A stretch of 64,000 bases of DNA, from the NCBI GenBank assembly GCA_951406725.2, contig OX597817.1, positions 108,686,001 through 108,750,000 of the forward strand, in the 5' to 3' direction. Source of the DNA: Octopus vulgaris. Taxonomy: Eukaryota. This document shows, piece after piece, positions 53,045-64,000 of the stretch; within the stretch, counting starts at the first letter, position 1; each line of letters opens with the position of its first letter. A program made the translations under genes and the position numbers. The notes beneath the pieces were generated by a model, which searched no databases, had not been told where the DNA came from, and was given only the letters and a program-made list of their open reading frames with translations.

Positions 53045-53968
53045 AAATAGGATTGTTTGGGATTACCCAAGTGGTGTTCGGGATATATGCTGTGTGGGTA
53101 TTTAGGTTACATTTAGATTTGTGGTAAAATTTGAAGGTATGAAGAAAGCGATGGTTGCAAGTACCTAAGGCCTCACTATATTTATTTAGTAGTATCGAAG
53201 AGTTGTGTTTGAATATGTGGAATACCTCTTTTAGACATAGATTACAGGTGAGCGTTAACCTTGGTATGGAAGCCCTGAATCTATTATGGACCATGTCAAG
53301 ATGTAGGGAATATTTCTGTTTTTGAGGTGATGTATGTGACTGGCGTGTGTTGTGGATTTACTATGTTTCTCGTATCTAAAAGAACTGTGATGTGTAGCGT
53401 ATCGTTGTTTAAATAATATAGTTGATCCTATATATGTGGCTTTAGAATAGTGTAACGTGTCGAGGACGGTGCATTTATAAATTAGATTAAACCTTCTTCA
53501 ATTGGTTTGTAGAGGGCAGTTATATGGTAATGCATTGTGGGGCTTATGGAGGGGTAATACTGTCAGAGGAGAGGTTAGAGATAAGGGTAGACTGGTCTAT
53601 GCTATTAACATTATTATTGCTATTATCATCATTATTTCTGTCATTGTTGTCATTTATTCAATTTGTAATAGTTGTGAAAGTTGTGGTTGTAGTTTTCTGG
53701 TTAATGTTAGTGGGATTGGTAGGGTTTCCGCTGTAGTCTAAAGTATAGGGCTCGATACTGGAGCTATGTATATGTTAAGCGCTCATGTGTTCAGAGTTGT
53801 TACAGATTAAGTTTTGATAATAGAGAGGAAGTTTTCGTTTATAAGAGGCTGTTATGATAGACTCAAAGTTGGACGGAGACGAGTAGGATAGCTTTAAGGT
53901 AGATCTATTAAAGATAGAGTAATATTTATGTTGACGAGGGAAGTTGGGGTCCAGCATACTAAAAAACG
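53045..53968 (-). mobile_element. Penelope-like element 3' ORF fragment (linker and GIY-YIG)
   Basis: FPRQHKYYSIFNRSTLKLSYS, NCPL..LIYKCTV..TYIGST..FKQRYATHHSSF, CNLCLKE..LLNKYSE..CNH. Confidence 0.88.
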
Positions 53969-54744
53969 ACGTGTGCGTATATCGATATACACTTCTTTCT
54001 TTCTTTCTTTCTTTCTTATTCCTCTATCCACACTATCACATTAGCCAGTAGAGTAAACAAATATGTCTATTCATAGAAACTTGACCATTCTTCCCTTCCG
54101 TTTTGTGGTTTATCACTCCCTTTAGAAGTCCCACCCTCCTCTACTATTTTTGTACCCATCTCTTAGTGCCATTCTAACATCTCACCCACCTAACACACCT
54201 CGCACATATTCATTACTCTTCCTACTCCTCCCATACTCTTCTCCCACCCCCTCATGATATCTTGACCACCAACTAACACTCCTTTTATCACATTTTTTCA
54301 CTTACACACTTTTTCATTTTCTTTTCTTCCTTTCTTTCCTTCTTTTCTCAGCTTTTCCTTTGACCTCTGTCTTCATTTTAACATACACATCTCTTCTCCC
54401 CTCTCTATCCACTTAATACTAGCTCTATAATATCAAATTTTCATTCACACCACAAAACCCCTATGAATGAACGGCACACGGAACCTACATCTCTACACTT
54501 TCCATTTGTGAAGACAAAATATGAACTCCTATTGGGATTTACATACCACGAACAAGGAGCATTTCTACCACTTCTACACACCACATTCCTTGGATAATGG
54601 AACTGCAACTATAGCATCTTTATATATTTTTATTTTTATTTCTTCATTCATCCTCCTATTTCCCTATACACTCCTTATTTGCTTCCTTTTCCAAATAACT
54701 CCTTATATTGAACTCTAATATTTCCCTCTATTTAACCATCTCAC

Positions 54745-54800
54745 ATCGTGTCTGATGAAGGGATATCCCTAATATCCCAGAAAGAGATGCGAGACTCACT
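54745..54800 (+). ncRNA. Hammerhead-like motif at the end of a pyrimidine-rich pseudo-LTR-like block (54020-54860)
   Basis: CTGATGA-A-GGGATAT(cccta)ATATCCC-A-GAAA; stem III and cleavage triplet decayed. Confidence 0.65.
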
Positions 54801-54859
54801 TTCTCTATATAAATGTCCTGAAATTCCACACGGCCTTGGCTTTGCTGTCTCATTTTATT

Positions 54860-54894
<35 letters not shown>

Positions 54895-54916
54895 TAAACA
54901 AACACACACACACACA

Positions 54917-55198
54917 TCTTTCTCCTCTGTCTGCTGCTGTCACGTGACCAGCATCCAGTGCCTCTTTTTCTTCTTTTCTTAGACTGATCCATAAGCTGAC
55001 TTGTCGCAAATTTTTCTCTGTAATCCTTTCCCATTTTCTTTCTAGCCTTTCTCGTCCCCTTCATCCACTTAATCCTTCTTTTCTCTGCTGTCTTTCTCCT
55101 TTGTCTGCTGCAGTCAAGTGAACAGCGGCCAGTTCGTCTTTTTCTTCCTTTCTTAGACTGGTCTCTCAGCTGACCAGTCGCAAATTCTGCGTCTCTGT
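54917..55198. repeat. Direct repeat of ~105-bp units spaced ~174 bp
   Basis: TCTTTCTCCT.TGTCTGCTGC.GTCA.GTGA.CAGC..CCAGT..TTTCTTAGACTG..AGCTGAC..GTCGCAAATT occurs twice. Confidence 0.9.
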
Positions 55199-55544
55199 TC
55201 TCCACTCTTTAAAACATTTCCGAAGCGTTACCTATTATTCACGTCTCCTTGCCCTCAAGGCAGTATTTTGTTCGACTGCTTTTCCTCGTCCCCCGTCCTA
55301 AATCACACAATTTAGTTCTGCTTGTTTTGTTTCGTTTTGTTTGGCTCTTGTCCCTAACTCTACGTAAGAAAACTAATTTTTACGGGCACCACCAAATGGG
55401 AAGCACTCAGTCTTTTAGTTAAAGTTGCGAAACTTAACAATACCATTGGTCAATAACTGATGAAGAATTATGGACTTTCTGTTTATCTCCCGTTCGTTTT
55501 CACATTCAGTATACGTTAGGTCGTTACTTTATATATTTTTTCAT

Positions 55545-55920
55545 TTAAGACTCAAAAGAGATCTAAGGAAGAATGTTACGCTCGAGAGGTTGAATGACAA
55601 TGACCTTTTTCTGTGCACAGTTTATGACAGACCATGCCTTTCTTTTGCTGGGCTCAAATCTCATTTGCGAACCCATAGAAAATGAACCTCCACCGACTAT
55701 TCTGCCTACATGTCCGTGCACACTTTTGAATTCAGTGTATACAAGAATGTTTACAAATCTAACGGAGGCCTCAAAAGAGATTTTAAGATTCAGAACTTAT
55801 CTGTAGCTCTTAGTGATCCAACTCGGATGTACATTCTATGTGGGTGTCTTTTCAAAACATTGTCTGGTTTTAAAAAAAAAAAAAACTACATCAGACGCCA
55901 TGATGGTGTGAAAGTGTAGT
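55545..55920 (+). pseudogene. Three decayed C2H2 zinc fingers, probably the C-terminal tail of an RTE-like LINE
   Basis: FLCTVYDRPCLSFAGLKSHLRTH, FEFSVYKNVYKSNGGLKRDFKIQ, YILCGCLFKTLSGFK..YIRRH; no TGEKP linkers; frameshifted. Confidence 0.6.
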
Positions 55921-55940
55921 TACAGGAGGTGATTTTTACG

Positions 55941-56013
55941 AGTGGACATTTTACCGGTAAGTGTATTAAATTATAAGGCACCAAAAGAGAATGACTCTCC
56001 CCAGACACAACAG
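55941..56013 (+). repeat. Short dispersed repeat (also 51506-51573 +, 61839-61890 -, 62077-62148 +)
   Basis: TTTTACCGG..AGTGT....AATTATAAGGCA..AAA..ATGACT.TCCCC.GACAC. Confidence 0.9.
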
Positions 56014-56070
56014 AATATGCTTCAACACACGAACTCTCATAAAGAATCTTGCAAACCAAATCCAAATATA

Positions 56071-56130
<60 letters not shown>

Positions 56131-56271
56131 GTGTATGTGAGAGTGTGTGTGTGTCTGTGTATTCATTCATACATAAATATATATGTGTGTTTGTGCACAT
56201 GTATGTGTGCATGTAGCCCTGCCAATCGAAATGTCTTTACTGATTCACTTACTAGCATGTCAGATTTGCAC

Positions 56272-56429
56272 AGGCGCAGGAGTGGCTGTGCGGTAAGTAG
56301 CTTGCTTATCAACCACATGGTTCCCAGTTCAGTCCCAATGCGTGGCACCTTGGGCAAGTGTCTTCTACTTTAACCTCGGGGTGACCAAAGCCTTGTGAGT
56401 GGATTTGTTTGACGGAAATTGAAAGAAGC

Positions 56430-56501
<72 letters not shown>

Positions 56502-56720
56502 TGTGTGTGTATATGTTGTGTATCTGTGTTTGTCCTCCCAACATCGTTTGACAACCGATGCTAGTGTGTTTAGGTTCCCGTAACTTAGCGGTTCGGCAAA
56601 AGAGTAAGATAGAGTAAGTACTAGGCTTACAAAGAATAATTCTTGGGGCGATTTAATTCGACTAAAGGCGGTGCTCCAGCATGACCGCAGTCAAATAACT
56701 GAAACAAGTAAAACAAGTAA
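56272..56720 (+). mobile_element. SINE family B, full length
   Basis: AGGCGCAGGAGTGGCTGTGCGGTAAG head through AACAAGTAAAACAAGTAAA tail. Confidence 0.92.
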
Positions 56721-57207
56721 ATTCAGGAAATTTCTTAGAAAATTATTTTCTTTTAGAAAAGCCTCAACACCTAAAATCCTCTCAGCAACACATCTAAACT
56801 TTTGTCATTGGTGCCCCAATACTCTTCCACGCCGGCTTGAAACATCATGACTTGTTAACCTTCTTTAGCTTATATCCTAAAACTTACTATATTTCTTCTT
56901 TCAGTTTTTGAAGTAGTCTCACACGGGAAAGTAGTTGATCTTTATAATCTACCGTCGGCTAGAGCCATTATTTCTTTCATCTTAATATCTATCTTTATGC
57001 CCCGAAGACGGCATTAATATCATTCAATTTTTGATGTCCAAATGGAATTATTACACTTGATTTGTTTATCGGTGATGTGTTTAGGGGATTATCACAGTAT
57101 TCGCCTATGAGAGCTTCCTATGAAAGCTTGTGAAGAATATCAAATATCCATGCAACACACACAGTCTCTCTCTCTCTCTCTCTCTTTCTTTCACACACGC
57201 ACTCACG

Positions 57208-57289
<82 letters not shown>

Positions 57290-57294
57290 AATCC

Positions 57295-57340
<46 letters not shown>

Positions 57341-57425
57341 ACCGACCAGTCCATCAGATGTAGTTACTCATCGCTGGTCACAATGCGTTCGCATTGTTTT
57401 AGCCTTCGAATGACACCACCCCGCT

Positions 57426-57580
57426 GAAAGAGTGGTGAAAGAGTACGGCAGGGATCACCACCCCCTGCCGGAGCCTCGTGGAGCTTTTAGGTGTTTCCGC
57501 TCAATAAGCACTCACAACGCCCGGTCTGGGAATCGAAACCGCGAGTCCGCTGCCCTAACCATTGGGCCATTGCGCCTCCA
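57426..57580 (-). mobile_element. SINE family C head
   Basis: Minus strand GGAGGCGCAATGGCCCAATGGTTAGGGCAGCGGACTCG..TTCGATTCCCAGACCGGG. Confidence 0.85.
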
Positions 57581-58213
57581 TATATATATATATATATATG
57601 CATATATTTTATTAACATATTATACGACTAAACGCACGCACCCTATTAAGTAAGATTGTTCTGTTTATCAAGTTCGCCTTGATATTAACTCTCACGCGAC
57701 TCTGCGTCTTTCTTTCTTTCTCTCCCATTCCCTTTTTCGTCTTTTTTTCCCTCACTTAACTTGTCTCTTCCTCTCTCTCTCCCCCTCACTGTTCTTCATG
57801 GTCTCCTCGCACCATTCCCCTTCTTCTCTCTCTTCCTCTTGCTCCTCCTCCCCCATTCCCGTCGTCCATCTGCGACCATACTTCCGTCGTAACTGCTATC
57901 CTGTCCTTTCTCGCCCGCCTTCTAAGGCCTCTGGTCGACATCTTCCTCTCTCGTCGTCCACTATAATCCAGCGTTTGCAATACTTTTTTCGTCTGGCGTT
58001 AACAGCCCTTCTTATTTTGTTCTCCTTGTCCTGTCTCTCACTGTTGTATATTTATTTTTCCACTGTTTATATATATATTTTTTACTGTTTATATGTTTGT
58101 ACTGTCGTTACCGTCTTGCTTTTTTTCACCCCTCTGCGAAAAGATCTCAGAATTTTAATTGATTTGCTTTTCGCAGGAAGGAATTTTTCATTCGAAGTAT
58201 ACGTCTCGCTTTT

Positions 58214-58263
58214 ATCCTTCGAAACGTTTAGTAGATGAAACTTTAGCGACTGAAGAAGGGGAT
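58214..58263 (+). ncRNA. Circularly permuted (type II) hammerhead-like motif
   Basis: ATCCTTC-GAAA-CGTT-tagtaga(tgaaac)tttagcga-CTGAAGA-AGGGGAT; related 3' half (CTGATGAAGGGAAT plus similar tail) at 60022. Confidence 0.6.
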
Positions 58264-58452
58264 TTTTCGTTGTGCTTATTGTCCTGTATCTCTCTCTTTT
58301 TTTGCCTGTCTTGTTCCTTGGTTTGTGTCTATGTTTTTCGTCTCTCTATGTGTTCGACGTCTTTTTGGTGTCCTGTACACATATATGCGTGTATATGTAC
58401 ATGTAGAGGTAGGTACGTACATATATGTTTATATATATGCATATATTTTATT

Positions 58453-58497
<45 letters not shown>

Positions 58498-58513
58498 CTA
58501 TAGATATATACAG

Positions 58514-58551
<38 letters not shown>

Positions 58552-59086
58552 CTGTATATATCTATAGCTATAAAAGAGAGTTTGTATGTGTGAGTGTGTG
58601 CGCGCGCGCGCGTATTTACTTATGCATTCCAAAACCAACCGAGTTGCCGATTTTGACGTTTGGAGTATCAAAAGATTCAGTACTATTACCGCTAAAAACT
58701 TCACTTTATTTTCATTGACATATTTAAATTATAATCTCTTCCATAACTCAACGATCGTAAGCATTTTATATGACGACGACGATGGTGATGTCACATCTTT
58801 CTATTTAAGTGTGTACCTTAAAAGTCATCCATCATTACGATACACACGTTCACTCTATCTCTCTTTCTCTCACGCGCGCACACACACAAACTCTCTCTCA
58901 CACACACACGTCCATTTCATATACACGTACATAATCTTATTTTTAGCGAATTACCGAGTGAAACGCACAATGAGAAAATGACAGAGAGACAGAGAAAGAA
59001 ACAGAGACAGACAACAAGCTTCTATAGGAGAAGATGAAAGACGGATAGCGGGTGAGAGACAGATGCTGATGTTTCATACTCTATAT

Positions 59087-59287
59087 CAGTGCTTTTCAAA
59101 CTTTTTGCTGGAGCGGAACCCCAAGGAAACATTCCACTGGCTCGAGGAACCCCTGTGCAATAATTTAATAGTCTTATGCACGCATATCTGCACAGGAGAA
59201 TTAAAAATAACTGCCGATTTTAGCAGTTTTGTAACTTCTTGCGGAACCCCTGGACTGTACTGGCGGAACCCTGGTTGAAAACCACTG
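59087..59287. mobile_element. hAT-type MITE
   Basis: TIRs CAGTGCTTTTCAA / TTGAAAACCACTG, GGAACCC subterminal repeats, 8-bp flanks CTCTATAT / CCCTATAT. Confidence 0.92.
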
Positions 59288-59859
59288 CCCTATATATATA
59301 TTCTATAGTTGGAAGAGAAAGAAAGCCAGCACAAAATTGATACTACGTCCTTATACGTCATCCAATTCTTGAAGTCCGTAAGTATAGGTAATTCTGGGGG
59401 TAATATTAGGATTTCCTTCTAATCTAAGCTGCCATTCTACATGTTTCTGGTGTCAACAATTTCAGCATTGTTCATAAAAAAATGACGAAAGATATGTTTA
59501 TGAAGAAGAGTTGTTTGCTTTTCACTCCTCGTGTGTCGATTCTGCCCATAAGAAAGAAACAAATAATACGTGGTTATAGGACATAACGCCGAGGCAACGC
59601 GCAGATGCAATGCTAGAGTGTGTATGTGTATATATATATATGTATGTATGCATCCATGTATGTATGTATGTATGTATGTATGAATGTATGTATGTATGTA
59701 TGTATGTATGTATGTATGTATGTATGTATGTATGCATGTATGTATGTGTGTATGTATTCATATACATACATATATGTGCACAAACATATATTTAGACATA
59801 CATTTAGATATGTATGTATACTTATATATATATATATATATACACATATATATATATAC

Positions 59860-60253
59860 TTTTATTTGTTTCGGTCATTTAACTGCGGCAATGCTGGAGC
59901 ACCACCTTTATCCGAACAAATCGACCCAGGACTTATTCTTTGTAAGCCTAGTATTTGTTCTATCCAACTCTTTTTGCCGAACCGCTAAGTTACGGGGACG
60001 TAAACACACCAGCGGGGACAACTGATGAAGGGAATGTTCTTTATGTTGCCCGTCTGGTTTCTCTGTTCGCCTCTTTGGTCGTTCGAAAAAGAGTTCTTTT
60101 TCTATGTTTTGGTTTTTTATCTTTTCGTTTCTCATCTTGTCTACTTTTGTTCTGATGTCCTGTACCCATATTTGCATGTATATATACATATATATGTGGG
60201 TATGTACATACATGTATGCATATATGCACATATTTATATATCATTTATATTAT

Positions 60254-60292
<39 letters not shown>

Positions 60293-60428
60293 CGGCTTCT
60301 TTCATTTTCTGTCTACGAAATCCACTCACAAGACTTTGGTCAGCTCGAGGTGTCATGCAGTGCGACTGAACCCGGAGCCATGTGGTTCGTAAGCAAGTTA
60401 CTTACCACACAGCCACTCCTGCGCCTAT
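59860..60428 (-). mobile_element. SINE family B interrupted by a pseudo-LTR-like fragment (60012-60180)
   Basis: Tail at 59860-60011 and head at 60290-60428. Confidence 0.85.
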
Positions 60429-60435
60429 ATATATA

Positions 60436-61660
60436 CTAGCTGAATTACCCGATAATACCCGCAAAAAGCGGAATTTATTTCCAGTTCCCGTTCCCATTAA
60501 CCTGTTTCATGTCCTGTCATGTTCTATCCAGTTCCTTATTCAGTTCCCGTTTAAATGACAAATGGATTTACAAATACACGGTGACGTGGAATACGTTTAC
60601 AAACACTGGCAAGTAATACAGTTGAATCTTAAAAGTGACTGATTTTAATGGTAAGGGAATATCGAAGTTGAATTGGTGGATAGTTGAAGGATGAAAGGAT
60701 GGACGTTGTGCGACTATGAAACGATTGATGGTTGATTTACCCTTTGGAGCATTAATAACCAAATGATTTGGACTGACGACTCTTCAATATCGTACATACA
60801 GTTGGCCATGGAAAGAGACAGGTTCTGCAAGAGTTCGGCCTACCACCTCCAAGGACTGTCCCTGGGCCTTGTTTATGGTCATTGCGAAATTCAGATTTAC
60901 AGGAAATTGCAGTCGCTAGAGCTTAAATGGCATGTCAGATGGAATCAGTGGAATTCGTGGTATGAAGACAACCTCAACACTTGCTTTGCCAGTGAGAATG
61001 GTCGCCTCTAAGTCTCTTGGCATCATCTTGTTGAGTGAAAGTCATGTGCCATTTCAAAGTCTGGGTGAGTTCAGGTTTCTTAAAAGCATCACTGGTGTGC
61101 CAAACTTGAGATGCAAGTAGTGAGGTGGGTGGCGTGCGTTAAGTGATAGGTAAAAATTAAAGAACAAAGTATTAAAATTCGCTCTTCCCTTCAGTAAACA
61201 CATTCTCTCTCTCCCGCTCTGTCTCTGTCACTCGTTGTCTCTGTCTGTCTCTCACATTTCCTGTCTCTTTGTCTCTTCCTGTGTCCTCCTCTGCTCTGAT
61301 ATTAGCTATCCTCATTATGCCACCACATTTCCTTCAACGTGTGATTCATCTATGGAAGAAAATGAAAAACATTAGCTATAGTGTGATTGTTTCAGTACCA
61401 TGTATCTCTGTCTATTCCTGTCTCCTTCCCTTCCCTGATATCAGCCTCCACATTTCTTTCAGCCTGACAGTTTTTTCATCCGTCTCCTTTTATCATATAA
61501 TAGCCAAATCCATGTAGAGACGCCATTATCAATTTTTACTAAAATACAATTAGCTTATGATTGAACTGGTTGTTAGTTCGGCATCTATGCAAAGTTTAGT
61601 GAAGATTGGTTCGCAGGTTAGGCAGCAAGACGGTAACAGTCAAGCAGAAATTACCATTTA
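60436..61660 (-). mobile_element. Helitron deletion derivative retaining the PIF1 helicase C-terminus
   Basis: Minus strand 61135-60730 reads [78 protein letters not shown]; 3' CTAG at 60436-60439; 5' end uncertain. Confidence 0.92.
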
Positions 61661-61677
61661 CATATAATATATATGTG

Positions 61678-61786
<109 letters not shown>

Positions 61787-62146
61787 TATATATATGTATA
61801 TATATATATATGCATATATATATATATATATATATGTATGGGGAGAGTAATTTTCTTTTTGTGTCTTATAATGTAACACACTCACCAGTAAACACATGCA
61901 AACACACACATACGTACATGCATGCATGTATAGGCACACACACACACACATTGACCCACAAACATGCGCACAAACAAACAAATGGGAACGCAGTGTAAAT
62001 AACGGACAGAGTCAAGACTATTGAAAAGGTTGCAAGACGCAACGAAAATTTTAGGAAAATGAAAATAAGAAATAAGCGGAAATTTTACCGGTGAGTGTGT
62101 GACATTATAAGGCACATATACAAAATGACTATCCCCGGACACAACA

Positions 62147-62241
<95 letters not shown>

Positions 62242-62622
62242 CATATATAAATACATATATATATATGTATATTGTGCGCATGTACACACCCAAACACACA
62301 TGCACGCACACACACATACATAGGCATACGCACGCATATAAGCGTGGCCTAGGGGTTAGAGTTTTGCACTCGCAAACGTGAGATCATGATTTCCCGTGAG
62401 ATGCTATGTTGTTCATGAGCAGAATACTTTATCTCACGTTGCTCTCCAGTCACTTCGTCGTGCATCAAATTAGGCCATGTCGATATATTGGAAGGAGGGA
62501 TCTAATGAACGACACAAATAGTTTATTACGATGAATAAATTATTTGTGTACGTTGTTCAGCAAGGCATTGCATAAAAGTCACTTCTTGTCTACGGCAAGA
62601 GAATGCTCAATATATGTGTATA

Positions 62623-62784
62623 TAGGCGCAGGCGTGGCGGTATGGTAAGAAGCTTGATCCCCAACCACATGGTTCCGGGTTCAGTGCCCCGGCGCGTCAC
62701 CTTGGGTAGGTGTGTTCTACTATAGTCTCGGGCTGACCAAAGCCTTGTGAGATTTGGTAGACGGAAACTGAAAGAAGCCTGTCG

Positions 62785-62832
<48 letters not shown>

Positions 62833-62985
62833 AGTGTGTGTGTGTGTGTGTGTATTTATGTGTATATGTCTTTGTGTTCGCACTTGTCCCCCACCATCGC
62901 TTGACAACCGGTGTTGATGTGTTTACGTTCCTGTAACTTAGCGGTTCGGCAAAAGAGTCCCATAGAATAAGTACAAATTTATAAA
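62623..62985 (+). mobile_element. SINE family B
   Basis: Head and body match the other copies; tail truncated. Confidence 0.9.
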
Positions 62986-63424
62986 TAATAAGTAACAAAT
63001 TTATCGCGTGTGCAAGCACACACACACACACATACACGTGCTTGTGATCTCGTATCCGTATGTTTCGTCAGATCAAGCAGCTTATTCTGGAAAGTTCTCC
63101 ACAAGAGAGACCGGGCAAGTCTAATTTATTTTTTCAATTTTGTTTTTTGTTTTTTTTTTACCATAGTATACAGTTACCCCTTGTCTAATATCCATGTTAT
63201 CTAAGCGAAATTCTAAGTCTGTTCAGCTTCACATCAGTGTCACCGCAAGAGTTGAAGTAGGAACCGTAATATCTAACCATCCTTTGTTCTAAGAAAGAAT
63301 TTTGAATCATCACCGACATGGGCAGGGATTTGTTGACTCCAAAACGATTAAAGTTGATATTGACCTTGGCGGTAATTGAACTTGGAGTGAAGTAACCGGA
63401 AGAAATGCTGGAAAGTACACCGCC

Positions 63425-63635
63425 AAAAGCCGGTGAGCTGGTATGATCGTCCGAACGTCATGGTAAATGCTTAGCTGTATTTCGTCCCTCAACGTTGAGT
63501 TCAAATTTCGCCGAAGTCGGTTGTACCTTTCATCGTTTCGGGGTCGATAAAGTAAGTACTGATTGGTCACTGGGGTCCATGTAAGCGAATTAGCCCCTCA
63601 CCTTAAATTGCTGGCATTGTGCCAAAACTGAAATC
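63425..63635 (+). mobile_element. SINE family A, with an inverted fragment at about 63310-63390
   Basis: GAGTTCAAATTTCGCCGAAGTCG..CCTTTCATCGTTTCGGGGTCGATAAAGTAAGTAC. Confidence 0.85.
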
Positions 63636-63846
63636 GTTATAACTATCTGAGGCCAATTAGCCACAGATCCAGCTCACGTTTGCGCACACACACAGAATCC
63701 TATACACACACCTAAAGATACATAAACACATTCACCCCATTTATACGTACATACAGACATATCTATATACACATATACGTATATATATGTACGTATATAT
63801 ATATATGTATATATGTATATATACATATGTCTATATGTATATATAC

Positions 63847-63924
<78 letters not shown>

Positions 63925-64000
63925 GTATATATGTACATATATACATGCATACATATATACATATGTATATATGTATATATGTGTGGTAAGAAGCTTGCTT

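Overview
AT-rich, microsatellite-dense eukaryotic DNA. The SINE families and (TA)n/(TACA)n/(TATC)n load suggest a coleoid cephalopod, probably Octopus; this is inference from repeat content, not a database hit. Most of the window is decayed mobile DNA: two R4/Dong-like and one HERO-like restriction-endonuclease LINEs, several RTE-like LINE pieces, three Penelope-like (GIY-YIG) remnants, two Helitrons, mariner/Tc1/Tigger transposons, MITEs and over 20 tRNA-derived SINE copies. Nearly all ORFs in the track are microsatellite artefacts. Three things stand out. (1) At least seven sequence-divergent hammerhead-ribozyme-like motifs, all on the + strand, including a core-intact one with an unusually long stem II (35826), an A6U core variant in a Penelope pseudo-LTR (24038) and a circularly permuted type II form (58214). 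(2) A dense set of long fold-back or permuted inverted repeats next to microsatellites. (3) A candidate small secreted 8-cysteine protein gene on the minus strand (about 36.3-38.9 kb). Coordinates were read by eye; boundaries of decayed elements are approximate.
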